A stretch of 64,000 bases of DNA from Eledone cirrhosa (GCA_964016885.1 OZ024761.1:12090001-12154000); one strand, 5' to 3'; shown: positions 43,251 through 57,325, counted from the first letter of the stretch. Notes: a model not told the origin generated them from the letters alone. Numbers and translations: made by a program.

Positions 43251-43486
43251 AATTTTCGTGTTGGCAGGTCTCTCTGTTGGGGGCTGCTGAGGGTTTTACG
43301 TGGCCGTGAGACCCAAAACGTTTGACAACCTCTGATTTATAAGGTTTATTTCGGAGTAATGTGAAGTTGGAGATAAAAGCTACAGAAATTTGAAAAAAGG
43401 AAAACGAAAAGAAAAAATCATTAATGGCCGCGAATAATTTTTATACATCTAGAGTTATTCCCCTTGGACCCACCTTAGTCAAAGGC

Positions 43487-43797
43487 AGCGTTTCTCAACC
43501 TCTTCGTTTTTGTGGAACTCTTTGAAATAGTTTTCATGTCTCCGGGAACTCTTGTATAAATTTATTATATACCATTAATAAGGGTGACGACCTAGTTTTA
43601 AATAATATAAGGGGCTGAAGCCTTTATTATAATAACTAAGTATTTTCTAACAATATGTCGTATGTTGGTAGCAAAATTATAAATATTAAATTAAACAAAA
43701 ATTATTCAAAAATACATTAGTTTATTTATTACTGTTTCTCGTGGAACCCTTAGCGACTTTTTGAAGAACCCTAGGGCTGCAGAGTGGGGACGCTGGT
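43487..43797. mobile_element. hAT-like MITE (degenerate)
   Basis: cagcgtttctcaac ... gtggggacgctg termini. Confidence 0.4.
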
Positions 43798-43809
43798 CTA
43801 TACCAATAA

Positions 43810-44935
43810 ATAATTGTTTCTACTTTTGACACAAGGCCATCAATTACCCTCAGTGCATTACTGGGACTTTATTTTATCAACCCCCGTAAGGATGAAAGGC
43901 AAAGTTTCAACCTCGGCGCGGGATTTGAACTCAGACCGTAAAGGGCCGTAACTCTATGTTACAAAGCATAGCGTCTGACTCTCTACCGAATACTGCCATC
44001 GTCTATATAGGACAGTTTAGTTGTTGTGGTGTTCGACTTACGATTGGAAGTTCGTTAGTTCGATGACGGGTGGTGGTGGTGACGGTGACGGGTTGTGGTG
44101 GTGACGGGTTGTGGCGGTGACGGGTGGTGGTGGTGGTGGTGACGGGTTGTGGCGGTGACGGGTGGTGGCGGTAACGGGTTGTGTTCTTGAGCAAGACTCT
44201 TTATTTCGCCACAGTCCAACACATCTAGTAAAAAAAAACAACAAAAAAAAAATTAAATTTGTTGTACCTGTAAATTCAAGGGTCCATACTTGTCATGTAT
44301 TGTGCTTCACTGAATCTCCCTGAGAACGGCGTTAACGCAGGTTACATGTGTTTGTAGAATGTTTAGCTGACTTCCCGTTAATTTCCATGAGTAACCAGTT
44401 CCATTGATTGAATAAACTGGAACGCTCGTCGTCACAACCGACGGAGATCCAACAACAACTACACTGAGCACGTGCTGTTATATTTGGGGGGGGGGGGTTA
44501 CTCCCCCCGTAAGGATGAAAGGCAAAGTTAACCTTGGTAGGATTTGAACCCAGAATGTAAAGGGCTGTAACTATATGACACAAAGCATGGTGTTCGTTGC
44601 TCTACCGATTCTGCCAATCCCCCAAATAATAACAACAACAACAGTTTCTTATTTTTTTTATTATTTTTGTTTTTCGATGAGCAAGACAAGGTCAGCCGAC
44701 TGGACACTGCCCACAACGGGACAACCCGTCTAACCCATGCTAACGTGGAAGGACGGACGTAAAATGGTGATGATGATGATGCATAGTAGTTATTAAAATG
44801 TGGGATAGAATGCTTTATGGTATTCGTTCCGGCTCTCTGCTCTTTGAGTTCAAATCCTGCCGAGGTTAACTTTGCCTTTAATCCTTTCAAGGTCGATAAA
44901 CAAAGTACCAGTGTAATACTGGGGTTGATTCTTCC
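43810..44935. mobile_element. Cluster of SINE family 1 and 2 copies plus an RTE tail
   Basis: Core motifs at 43810-44003(-), 44180-44420, 44505-44625(-), 44680-44780(+), 44810-44935(+). Confidence 0.7.
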
Positions 44936-45137
44936 TCTATATCTCTTTCTCATTTCCTCTCTCTCACTTTCTATCTTTCTCTGGAAGAAATCGGCTGTAC
45001 TCAGACCTGGAGAGGGGGGGGGGGGGCTCCGCCAGGCTTTAAATGGCCAAGTCATGCTGTATGTCCAGATCTAGCTGTCGAAATGGCTGCGACTCAGCCG
45101 TCAGGGTCCTGAATCTTTTCATATATATATATATATA

Positions 45138-45610
45138 TGATTAAGTAAAAAGTGTACATCCACATATGTATACTGAAATACTAGTATGCATATAAATACA
45201 CACACGTATTTGTTTTTATCGTTTCCGTTGAACCGGTACGTACTCACGCTCTATGCAAATTAGTCTGCCCACTACTAATTTTCATAGAAAAAGCATATAA
45301 CGATATGTGCTTTTACGATTCTCTAGAGGGGCCGGAGGATGGGTATATATTGCTGATGAGATGTAATAACATCGAAACTAGTCCAATATTCCTGTCTGGC
45401 TCTCTGGAGAATAGAGGAAAGGTGTTTCCTTGAAAACCAGTATGACTCTAAAAACCGGTTTGTCTGTTTGGTTACATACAGACTAGCTGGACACTCACAG
45501 TAAAGTGTCCAGTGAAAAACTCGGTACATGTACATATGTATACGTGTGTGTATTTATATGCATACTAGTATTTCAGTATACATATGTGGATGTACACTTT
45601 TAACTTAATT
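45138..45610. mobile_element. Family E element: ~70-bp inverted ends around a canonical hammerhead
   Basis: attaagtaaaaagtgtacatccacatatgtatactgaaatactagtatgc and its reverse complement. Confidence 0.8.
45347..45389 (+). ncRNA. Canonical minimal type I hammerhead ribozyme
   Basis: AUAUUG-CUGAUGA-GAUGU(AAUA)ACAUC-GAAACUAGUC^CAAUAU; perfect stems I and II, palindromic ACUAGU. Confidence 0.9.
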
Positions 45611-45693
45611 GTTTAAGCGTCAGTCATACAAAAGTGAGTTACAAACGAAACGAAATTTAATTTCGTTTCGTTATTTGTTTTTATATATATATG

Positions 45694-45724
<31 letters not shown>

Positions 45725-46134
45725 GTGTGTGTGTACATATTTACAAATGTATATATATATTTATATGTATACATATATATGTATAAATATATATTTATAC
45801 ATATAGTAAACAAGGACCCACACCCCACCCTCCCGCACCAAAATTAGACTTATCGTCCCCTACTTTTTCTCTTTACTCTCTTTACTCTTTGTTCTTGAAT
45901 GTTTGGTTGGTAGAGTCCATAACACCAATCAAACCCCATAGCTCTGACGAATCCTGCGGTTACGTAAGGAAGAAACATTGTAAACCAATAAAAATCTTTT
46001 GATGTTGTAGACGCTTTTGTGTTCTTTATCATATATATATATATATATTCATACATATATATGTATAAATATATATTTATATGTATGTCTGTGTATATAT
46101 ATATATGTATATACATATTTATTTGTATTTATAC

Positions 46135-46307
46135 ACAGTGAAATTCCATTATAATGAAATTGACAGGGTATAAAAAAAAAATTTGTTGTAATGAAAAATT
46201 CTTTATAAGATCAACCTAACACATCGAGTGTGTGGCCGGGGATTGAAAAAATGTTTGTTATACTGAAAAATTTCTTTATAATGGTATTTGTTATAACTGA
46301 ATTTTAC

Positions 46308-46311
<4 letters not shown>
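46135..46311. mobile_element. pogo/Tigger-like MITE (degenerate)
   Basis: cagtgaaattccattataatgaa ... ttgttataactgaattttacctg. Confidence 0.45.
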
Positions 46312-46329
<18 letters not shown>

Positions 46330-46345
<16 letters not shown>

Positions 46346-47122
46346 GAGGATGTCTGTGTGTCTGTTTCCCTAAAACTCGAGAAGTACCCAACCGGTTTTT
46401 TTCAAACTTTATACAGGTAACTCGTATGACCCCGGAAGTGTTTTGAGCAAAAAAAAATTTCAAATTTTCAATGCCCTAGGGACCGCATTAGGCGATTTAG
46501 CGATCTCTTTCTCTTTCTCTTAGTCTTTCTCTTTTTAGATAGATACATAGATATGACGTTGCGCCTTCATAATATCTGTCTGTATGCCTGACTGTCTGCA
46601 TTACGTCATTATGACGCGATCAGTGTGTGTGTGTGTGTATATATATTCTTATGCCAGGGAACGTCTTCACGAACCAAAGTATCGTCTTCCTGTTTTCCAG
46701 ATTGATTTTTTTAGTTTCAGAAGATCCCGTTAAGGTTGAAAGCAGCGATTCTTTGCTTAAACATTAATCTGTTATTTTAATATAGATATTCGTGTACAGA
46801 TATTTTTGCATACACAAAAACAAAATATAAACAAACAAGGCCAAAGATTACATCAATTAGTCTTAGTGTACTTCATACTGCTTTTAGGTAGAATATCCCG
46901 TTAAGGGTGAAAGCAGTGATTCTTTGCTTAAACTTTAATCTGTTATTTTAATAAATATATATATATATATATAATTATATATTTATGGACAGATATTTTT
47001 GCATACACAATAACAAAATATAAACAAACGTATTTATTTCACGAGGTTCGATAAGGATAAATATATATCAAATATATAAGAACCGTAGAGCAAATCCCGA
47101 GCAACGCCGGGCCATTCTGCTA

Positions 47123-47123
<1 letters not shown>
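46330..47123 (+). mobile_element. Non-autonomous Helitron containing family D fragments
   Basis: tatataaaa..gtctgtgtgtctgt start; cccgagcaacgccggg...CTAG|T end. Confidence 0.7.
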
Positions 47124-47165
<42 letters not shown>

Positions 47166-47227
47166 AAAATGGAACGGGAACAAAACAGAGAGGCAGTACG
47201 AACAAAGGTTTATTAGTTTCACGCTCT

Positions 47228-47285
<58 letters not shown>

Positions 47286-47541
47286 GGATAACAAGGACGA
47301 TTGGTTACTCCTTCATTACATTTATTGATAGGTGACGCGCGTTTCGCCACTGATCAGCTCAAGGTTCGATCTGTATAGATCCTACCTGACTCAATAATCG
47401 GCAGCTCAACGGACCCTTTAAAAATGCTATAAGAAAAAGAAATACATGCTATGTGGTAAAGTCAGAGTTTCAAGAGTGCTCTCCCGGGTGAACCTGCAGT
47501 AACTCCTAGTTACACCCCCTGGATATATATATATGTATATA

Positions 47542-47750
<209 letters not shown>

Positions 47751-47759
47751 ACACATATA

Positions 47760-47904
<145 letters not shown>

Positions 47905-47913
47905 ACACATATA

Positions 47914-47963
<50 letters not shown>

Positions 47964-47969
47964 TATATA

Positions 47970-50900
47970 ACTGGAAAAAAACATTCGAGCTATCACCCAG
48001 CACCACCCTCCACTATCACCCCACTGCACAAACTCCCATTGCTGCCATTAACAAACAAACAAATTAACAACACACCAAAACAATTAAAACCATCCACTCT
48101 CGCCTCTACATTTTTGCTTAACGCCCAAGGCATCAGCCCTTCCACCAATACTCAAAAATGGAAGATCAAATTCCTGGAGGACTGGATTGATGTCCATCCA
48201 AACCACATCCCTTTCTTCGTCCTCACTGAAACCCATCTCAGTAACCTCCACTTGGAAGCCGAGGTGAAAGTGAAAAATTTCAAAGCCATCCGTGCTGATC
48301 GCGCTGGCAGAAGAAAGGGCGGAACTGCCATTTATGTCCATAATTCTTTCTCAACAGAGGCTATGAACATATTCACTAATGGATACTGTGAGGCAGTCAC
48401 TGTATTCAGTCAAACCAACAACCTATTAGTAGTTGGGCTCTATAGGCCACCCCAAACGCCTGTACCATGCTTCAAGGAATGCCTCAACAGCATAAAGTGT
48501 TTCATCCAAGAGTGTCACCCTGACAACATCTTAATGATGGGGGACTTCAACCTCCCCGGAGTTGACTGGTCCACAAACACCCTGCCACCAGGTTCTTCTG
48601 CCTCAACCTCTGACAGGGAAGCTGTGGAATCGCTTCTTGACTTCATGGATGATTTCTTCCTATCCCAACTAGTGCTCGAACCAACGAGGTGCCACAAAAA
48701 CGTCCTAGACTTAATTTTCAGCAATCACACTGACAATATCCACAATATTGCAGTGGAGAAAACTCTACTCTCTGATCATGACATGGTTCTCTGTGATCTG
48801 AGATTCCACCGTCCAATATACAAACCCAATGTCATTTCTCCTGTCCATCCGTTTGACGCTATGGATTTCCACAATGCAAACTGGGAAGCGATCAGTCATG
48901 ATCTTGCACATGTCGACTGGTCCTTCACGCACACTCATACACCCACTAACATCAAAAAGTCCTGGCAGACATTTGTGGACACTGTTACAAACATATGTGC
49001 TAAACACACCCCATTAAGAACTATAAACAAATCTAAGAGCAGAATCCCTAGAAATAGAAAAACACTCATCAGAAAAATTAAGAGAACGAACAAAAAAATC
49101 AACAAGCTGAAATACTGTCAGCAGCAACACATCAACTTGACTGCCATTTCATCACTAGAGATTAAAAAACATAACCTCCAAAACAACATAATGTCCCTCA
49201 TCAACAATCAGAGAAGAGCTGAAGAGGCCTGGGCCATTGAGAAGATCAAACTCAATCCCAAAGTGTTCTTTTCATTTGCAAAAAAACACAAAATCACTGG
49301 CTCTACTGTTGGCCCTCTAATTGATGAAAATGGCACTCTTCAAGACAATGCTAAAACCATGGGTGAGATACTGCAGAAACAATACTGCTCTGTTTTCAGC
49401 AATCCTGATATGGCCGATCTGGGCTGTATCGGCGATGTTACTCCCCATTACACCTTATCGGACATAACGTTTGGCGCCCCTGATGTCTTGGCGGCAATAA
49501 AGGAAATCAAGCATAATTCAGCAGTAGGTCCCGATAGGTTCCCTGCTTGTGTCTTGAAGGCGTGTCAACACCAACTTGCTTCTCCTCTTGCCAATCTGTG
49601 GCGGAACTCACTGGATGCTGGATATGTGCCAGAAAACCTTCTATCCCAGTCTGTTGTCCCAGTTTTCAAAAAGGGAAACAAATCCCTTGCCGTGAATTAC
49701 CGTCCAATCTCACTCACCTCTCATATCATTAAGGTATTTGAGCGAGTGGTGAGATCGCGAATGACCCACTTCCTTGAGAGTAACAATATGCTGAACTCCA
49801 ACCAGCATGGATTCCGTAATGGAAGGGATTGCCTGACGCAACTACTGCATCACTTTGATGACATTTTGAGAGCCTTGGGAGAGGGTTCCAACACTGATGT
49901 TATCTACCTTGATTTCAGCAAGGCCTTTGACAGGGTTGATCATAACATTCTACTGAGAAAGCTGTCCAATATTGGTGTCACTGGAAAGCTGCTGCAGTGG
50001 ATCAAGAGCTTCCTGTCAAACAGAACCCAACATGTTGTAGTTGAGGGAGTCAAATCAAGCCCAGCCAAAGTCAGTAGTGGAGTCCCACAAGGCACTGTGT
50101 TGGGCCCACTTCTCTTCATCATCTATATTAATGACATCACTGACATCATCAAACACAGCAACATTAAAATTTTCGCTGATGATTCCAAGCTCCAAAAGGT
50201 CATCAATGGCGTGGATGACCGGATAAGCCTTCAGTCAGACCTACTGGCTGTTACCCAATGGGCAGAAAAGAACAACATGCTACTGAACGAAGACAAATTC
50301 GAACTGATCCACTTTGGAAAAGAGGATGCTCTGAAACTCCCGTACTCCCTTCCCTCCGGGGAAACTCTCGTGGCATCTAACAACATCAGAGACTTGGGAG
50401 TAACCGTGGACAGCAACATAAGCTGGACCACGCATATAAGCAGCAAAGTTGACATGGCCCGCAGAATGTGTTCCTGGATCCTCAGAACCTTCCAGTCGAG
50501 AGATTCCCGCACCATTATCCTTCTCTTCTCTACTTTCGCCCGACCACACCTTGAATACTGTTGTCCACTGTGGTCTCCCCACACGAAACAAAGTATCATG
50601 AAACTTGAAGCTCCTCAAAGGGCAATCACGAAAAAGATAGATGGCATGTCAGACCTTGACTACTGGGGTCGATTGGAAAACCTGAAACTTTACTCACTCC
50701 AACGTCGCCGTGAGCGTTATATTATCTGCATGATGTGGAAAATGTTCCATCATCACTGCCCAAATGATGTTGGCATCGCCTTCAAGATACACCCAAGGCT
50801 TGGGCCCCGTGCTATCCGTCCCATTCAAAAATCTAAATCGCAACTCATAACAACAATACGGCACAATTATTTCACCTCAATCGGCCCTGCTCTCTTCAAC

Positions 50901-51146
50901 ATCACACCAGGACACGTCAAAACAGAAACTGACCACACAAAATTCAAGAAGTCTTTGGACAAATTCCTCCAAGTAATCCCGGACAAACCACCCACACCCG
51001 GATATGTCTCCGCAAACAGTAATTCTCTTCTCGAATGGGCCATGGTGCCCAAATCCTGAATTGAAAGACTTCGCCAGGTGGTGCTATTAAGTTAGACATG
51101 GCCTGGGCCAATACTGGCCAAAACATTTCAAAGTTATTCAAAGTTA
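47970..51146 (+). mobile_element. CR1/Jockey-group LINE with uninterrupted APE+RT ORF (~47970-51059), 5'-truncated, in (TA)n
   Basis: LNAQG, LTETH, YRPP, GDFN, LDL, SDH; [40 protein letters not shown]; 3' (ttcaaagtta)2. Confidence 0.95.
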
Positions 51147-51174
51147 TATATATATATATATGTATACACATATA

Positions 51175-51321
<147 letters not shown>

Positions 51322-51375
51322 ACACATATATATATATATATATATATGTATACACATATATATATATATATGTGT

Positions 51376-51437
<62 letters not shown>

Positions 51438-51440
<3 letters not shown>

Positions 51441-51849
51441 AAAGTTCTATTTAAATTGTTGGGATACAACAAGCAAATATTATTATAACTGATATAAAGC
51501 ACTCGACAAATATTTGGAGTAGATATACAATATTAATAAATGGAAACTATATTTATAAAACCATATATATTTCAAGGATACCAAGTTAAATCATGGTATG
51601 CCTTCATCAGACAAAATACAATATATAACAGTTTTACAAATAGATATTGACGTACCCTTTCAAAAAGGTGACCGTTGTTTTTGGAGAAACAATGGTCACC
51701 TTTTTGAAAGGGTACGTCAATATCTATTTGTAAAACTGTTATATATTGTATTTTGTCTGATGAAGGCATACCATGATTTAACTTGGTATCCTTGAAATAT
51801 ATATAATGAAATAAATATGGTTTTATAAATATAGTTTCCATTTATTAAT

Positions 51850-51894
<45 letters not shown>

Positions 51895-52055
51895 ATGATA
51901 TTAATAAATGGAAACTATATTTATGAAACCATATTTATTCTATTATATATATTTCAAGGGTACCAAAACTTTGGTACGCTCTCACCTGTCGACTGCTTCG
52001 AATCTGTTATAAATATATTTGTGGAATTACCAACAAATTAAATATCTCTCTGCTT
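51438..52055. mobile_element. Family A near-perfect palindrome (51524-51856) with two opposed hammerheads, plus an adjacent truncated copy
   Basis: Nearly the same ORF reads on both strands; + hammerhead 51749-51813. Confidence 0.85.
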
Positions 52056-52275
52056 ATAAATATATATATGAAGTATTTCCGTCGGAAAGGTACAGGAAAA
52101 CAGAGTGCTCTATGTAGGCTACAGAGCTTAATAGTTATGTAATAAACAACATAAGATAATTATTTCATTTACCAGTGGTTTCTTTAAGGCAGATGTTGTA
52201 TCTGTCTTCAGTTGTCAGAATGAATAAATAACACAAGTGTTTTTATTTAAAAAAAAATATATATAGATAGGTAGA

Positions 52276-52362
<87 letters not shown>

Positions 52363-52635
52363 ATGCCTAAAGGAGAATACATAAGAGGGAAATATATTGA
52401 TCGTTATCAGGTATTTTGTTTTAAATTTTTTATGAAATTTAATAAAATACTCAACGAATTATGTAGTCTTACTTTCAGTACAGTTTGTCTCTAGTTCTAA
52501 GTTTTGATATATCTTAATACACACTTATGTGTGTATGTATATATTTCAATCACTTTCTTATAATTCAATCACTTTCTTATAATCACTTTCTTATAATGAT
52601 ATATATATATTTTAATAAATATATATATATATATA

Positions 52636-53067
52636 ATATAAGATCAAAAGATGGTTAAAGGAGTTCCATATATTTTATTATGCGCATTTCAAAAACAAAC
52701 ATCATCAAGCAATAATATTTGTGTTTTCATCAGATAAAACAGGAGAACATGATATGAAGGTTAAAAAACACTTGTGGATAGTGCAGTTTTAAATCAACAT
52801 ATGTTGATTTATATGTTGATTTAAAACTGCACTATCCACAAGTGTTTTTTAGCCTTCATATCATGTTCTCCTGTTTTATCTGATGAAAACACAAATATTA
52901 TTGCTTGATGATGTTTGTTTTTGAAATGCGCATAATAAAATATATGGAACTCCTTTAACCATCTTTTGATCTTATATTATGCATACTCCAGTCCCACAAA
53001 CTGTAGAGTTTTTCTTATCCGATATCTGCATTGCTTTATTGTACTACAATAAAACTCACCTCCTACA
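52636..53067. mobile_element. Family F ~340-bp palindrome with two opposed hammerheads, plus tail
   Basis: Arms meet near 52805. Confidence 0.85.
52872..52942 (+). ncRNA. Hammerhead ribozyme (family F)
   Basis: UGUUUUAU-CUGAUGA-15-bp stem II-GAA[AUGCGCAU]A^AUAAAAUA. Confidence 0.85.
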
Positions 53068-53262
53068 TATATATATATATATATATTTATATGCATATAT
53101 ATGTATAAATATATATTTATATGTGTATATATATATATATATACATACATATATATACACATACATATATAACATATATATACAATATATTAACAAATGG
53201 AAACTATATTTATAAAACCATATTTATTTTATTATACATATTTCAAGGGCCGCCAAGGCACG

Positions 53263-53345
<83 letters not shown>

Positions 53346-53357
53346 TATATATATATG

Positions 53358-53780
53358 TATTAATAAGAGGAATTCCAACTTTGTCTGATTTACTCGTTTT
53401 ATTTACGATCCTTTAAAATTTATAATGGTATTATAATGAAATAGTATGATAGAATATTAAATGTTAAGTGTTAATTGAACAAGTACTTTCATGCTTTCGC
53501 AATCTTCAGGTTCATAATGTGTGGTGACAGTCAAGTTTGCAATTTTCAGTTGAAAATTGCAAACTTGACTGTCACCACACATTATGAACCTGAAGATTGC
53601 GAAAGCATGAAAGTACTTGTTCAATTAACACTTAACATTTAATATTCTATCATACTATTTCATTATAATACCATTATAAATTTTAAAGGATCGTAAATAA
53701 AACGAGTAAATCAGACAAAGTTGGAATTCCTCTTATTAATATAATCTTCTATACACAATCATACACACCCGTGTATATTT
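53358..53780. mobile_element. Family G ~385-bp palindrome with two opposed hammerheads, plus tail
   Basis: Centre ttttcagttgaaaa near 53550; the tail also occurs at 21348-21410. Confidence 0.85.
53585..53623 (+). ncRNA. Minimal hammerhead ribozyme (family G)
   Basis: UGAAC-CUGAAGA-UUGC(GAAA)GCAU-GAA[AGUACU]U^GUUCA. Confidence 0.75.
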
Positions 53781-53834
53781 ATCTATCTCTATATATATAT
53801 GTATATATGTATGTATATATTCTGACAATGTGTG

Positions 53835-53866
<32 letters not shown>

Positions 53867-53873
53867 CTGACAA

Positions 53874-53926
<53 letters not shown>

Positions 53927-54389
53927 CTTGGGGAGGGTCATATTGTAATAATATTGCCAGAAATAATAACAGAACACACTCACGGTTTGTTTGGTTTTCA
54001 CTTCTGTATCTTTTATATCTCCTTAGTTAATTTATTTGGCAATTAATGTTTATCATTGATTGACCAACGGTTAAAACTACAGATATAAACATAGATATAT
54101 ATAGTCTATCAAAGTTGTCCCTCGGTATTTGCAAGGGTTGCATTCCTAGAGTACCTATGAAGAGGGAAAAACCACAAATATTGGACATGGTCCATAAAAA
54201 TGCCTATAAATGTCAAAACATAACATAAAATATAGGCTGGCAAATACGGTTTATTGTTATTAATTTAGCGTGAAAAAATATATATTGCCATGAAAAAAGC
54301 CATAAGAAAATTGTAAAAGATATTTACAATTCCACGAATTATGCGGTGGTTTCCACAAACAATTATTCGTTAGGGGTCTAAGGAAAATT

Positions 54390-54575
54390 CCTACTTTTGG
54401 CACAAGGCCAGCAATTACACCAGTGTATTACCGGTACTTTATTTTATTGACCCCCCGTAAGGATGAAAGGCAAAGTTGACCTCGGCGGGATTTGAACTCA
54501 GAATGGAAAGGACCGTAACTCTATGCTGCAAAGCATGGCGTCCGACGCTCTACCGATACTGCCAATCCACCACCA
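54390..54575 (-). mobile_element. SINE family 1
   Basis: Core motif. Confidence 0.75.
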
Positions 54576-54835
54576 TTTACATATATAATGATTGTTTGTT
54601 TTATATATCTAACCTTGGTTTAAGCTTCCATTCTTTCTTCCTGAAATTAATGACATTAAACTTCCAAGCTTGGAGTGGCTCCATCTTAACTCCAAACCTG
54701 GAGTGGCTTTGTCTGAACTCCAAACCCGGAGTGGCTCCATGTTAACTCCAAACCTGGAGTGGCTTTGTCTGAACTCCAAGACTGCTCTGTCTCCATCTTA
54801 ACTTCTCTACTTTGTCTTCAATATTGAAGAAGAAA

Positions 54836-55517
54836 CGGGTACAAGCCGAAGCTGAAGCATATAGACAATATGCCCCCACCCCCTCCCACTGCGAAGTGGA
54901 CGTGGAGGTGCCACGGCAAAAAAAAGCACCCAGCCCCCACTGTAAAGTGGACGTGGAGGTGCCACGGCAAAAAAAAGCACCCAGCCCCCACTGTAAAGTG
55001 GACGTGGAGGTGCCACGGCAAAAAAAAAGCACCCAGCCCCCACTGTAAAGTGGACGTGGAGGTGCCACGGCAAAAAAAAAGCACCCAGCCCCCACTGTAA
55101 AGTGGACGTGGAGGTGCCACGACAAAAAAAAAGCACCCAGCCCCCACTGTAAAGTGGACGTGGAGGTGCCACGGCAAAAATAAAGCACCCAGCCCCCACT
55201 GTAAAGTGGACGTGGAGGTGCCACGGCAAAAAAAAAGCACCCAGCCCCCACTGTAAAGTGGACGTGGAGGTGCCACGGCAAAAAAAAAGCACCCAGCCCC
55301 CACTGTAAAGTGGACGTGTAGACAAAAAAAAGCACCCAGTACTCACTGTAAATGAGGTTGGTGTTAGGAAGGGCATCCAGCTGTAGAAATGAAGCCAGAA
55401 TCAGTTCCCGTATGAGCAAGACAAGGTCAGCCGACCGGACACTGCCCACAACAGGACAACCCGTCTAACCCATGCTAGCGTGGAAGAATGGACGTAAAAC
55501 GATGCTGATGATGACGA
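54836..55517 (+). mobile_element. RTE 3' UTR with ~52-bp unit amplified about 8 times
   Basis: cccactgtaaagtggacgtggaggtgccacggc(a)ngcacccagcc repeats; (GAT)n tail. Confidence 0.85.
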
Positions 55518-55867
55518 TTGAAACCCAACCAACTCCAAAACTTGAAACTTCTCCAATATTTTCTCTTTCCCTTATATTCATGTTTGTTATTGTTATTGTT
55601 GTTGTTGTCTGTTAGTAATTACCTATGTGTAATAACGCCTCATGACTCTACATCTCTCTCTCCCCCTCTCTATGTTGTACCTATAACACATCTCTCCGTC
55701 ACAATCAAATAGAGATGTCTTTATGATTGTCAAACAAGCGTAAATCAAAGTGACCCCCCCCCCCCCCACACACACACACAAGAACAACAAACAAAAAACA
55801 AAACAAAAACCTTTTTTTTTTTCATGCTTCCTCAGTTCAGCTTATATTTGTGATTTTTGGTGTTGCC

Positions 55868-56330
55868 TGGTGGTGTTGTTGGTGGTGGTGGTAGTGATGG
55901 TGGTGGTGGTGGTGGTGGTGGTGGTGGTAGTGGTGGTGGTGGTGGTGGTGGTAGTGGTGGTGGTGGTGGTGGTGGTGGTGGTGGTAGTGATGGTGGTGGT
56001 GGTGGTGGTGGTGGTGGTGGTGGTGGTGGTGGTGGTGGTGGAGGTGGTGCTGCTGTTGATGGTGGTGGTGGTGGTGGCATGGTGATGGTGGAGGTAGTGG
56101 TGGTGGGCGTTGTCGTTGTGGCGATGGTGGTGGTAGTGGTCGTCGTCGTGGCGATGGTAGTGGTTGGTGGTGGTAATGGCGGCAGCGGTGGTGATGGTGA
56201 TGGCGATGATGATAGTAGTGGTGGTGGCAGTGGTCATGGTAGTGGTGGTGGTGGCAGTTATGGTAATGGTGATGATAGTGGTGGTGGTGGTAATGGTAAT
56301 GGTGATGATGGTGGTGGTAGTTCAGGTGGC
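55868..56330. repeat. (GGT)n microsatellite
   Basis: Direct observation. Confidence 0.9.
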
Positions 56331-56599
56331 AGTACGGCAGTGGTCTAGTCAGTTCTCGAAACAAGTACTGCCCTTGAATCCCCCCCCCCCCCCCCCGCAC
56401 CCACATCCCCTCAAAAGGATTCCATTCCACAGGCAAAGAAAGTAAGAAGGAAAATGAAAAAAAAAAATATTAAAAATAAAAGGTTACTACATACATATAT
56501 CATATATCATATCATATCATATCATATCATATCATATCATATAATAATCTATAATATCGTATAATACTGTATTACTGTACCAGAGAGCAGAGAGCGGGT

Positions 56600-56696
56600 C
56601 AATTGAACTGTCACAGATGTTAGCGAACTAAAGTATAAAAGGTGTTACGCCTTTTCGTGTGACTTGCGCACTACAAAGACCAATCAACTGGTAAAG
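56600..56696 (+). promoter_or_regulatory. Candidate TATA core promoter upstream of the alternative exon
   Basis: GTATAAAAGG at 56633-56642 in a non-repetitive island; possible donor CTG|GTAAAG at 56690/56691. Confidence 0.3.
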
Positions 56697-56976
56697 ATTT
56701 AGCTGGTTCACTGAGCTATTGAAACTTCAACACCTTTCATACTATTGTCAACCAAATAAGTTTGTTGGGGAGTGATACAATTATTATATATATATATACA
56801 TACATACATACATATATATACATATATATATATATATATTTACATTTTTTATTTGATTTTTATTCTGTTGCATACCCAATAGTAACTGTTGCATGATTAA
56901 ACCATTGTATATATATCGAGAGAAACTTCATTTTGAGAGAACTGTTCTACTGGTCAGACGTTTACATATATCTTAC

Positions 56977-57008
<32 letters not shown>

Positions 57009-57325
57009 ATGTATATATATCGTTCTTCAGACAAAATGTACATTGATACTTCCTGACCTTGTTCTTATAATTTACGTTTTGGCATTTTGACTTTAGTGAA
57101 TCTTTATCGTCGGAAATATTAATGTTTTGAAATATATATATATACTGACTTCGGCGGATAATATTTATATTTATATATATATATATGTGTGTATATATGT
57201 ATGTGTATATATATATGTGTGTATATATGCTAGCGTGGACGATGGACGTTAAACGATGATGATGCTATCTATGAAGGGGGGGAAGTAAGGTTGAAAAATA
57301 TATACGCAGAATATCGAGGGAAATA

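Noticed and set aside
51572-51841. Matching ORFs on both strands as a bidirectional gene
   Set aside because: A consequence of the palindrome; the frame is not conserved in other family A copies.
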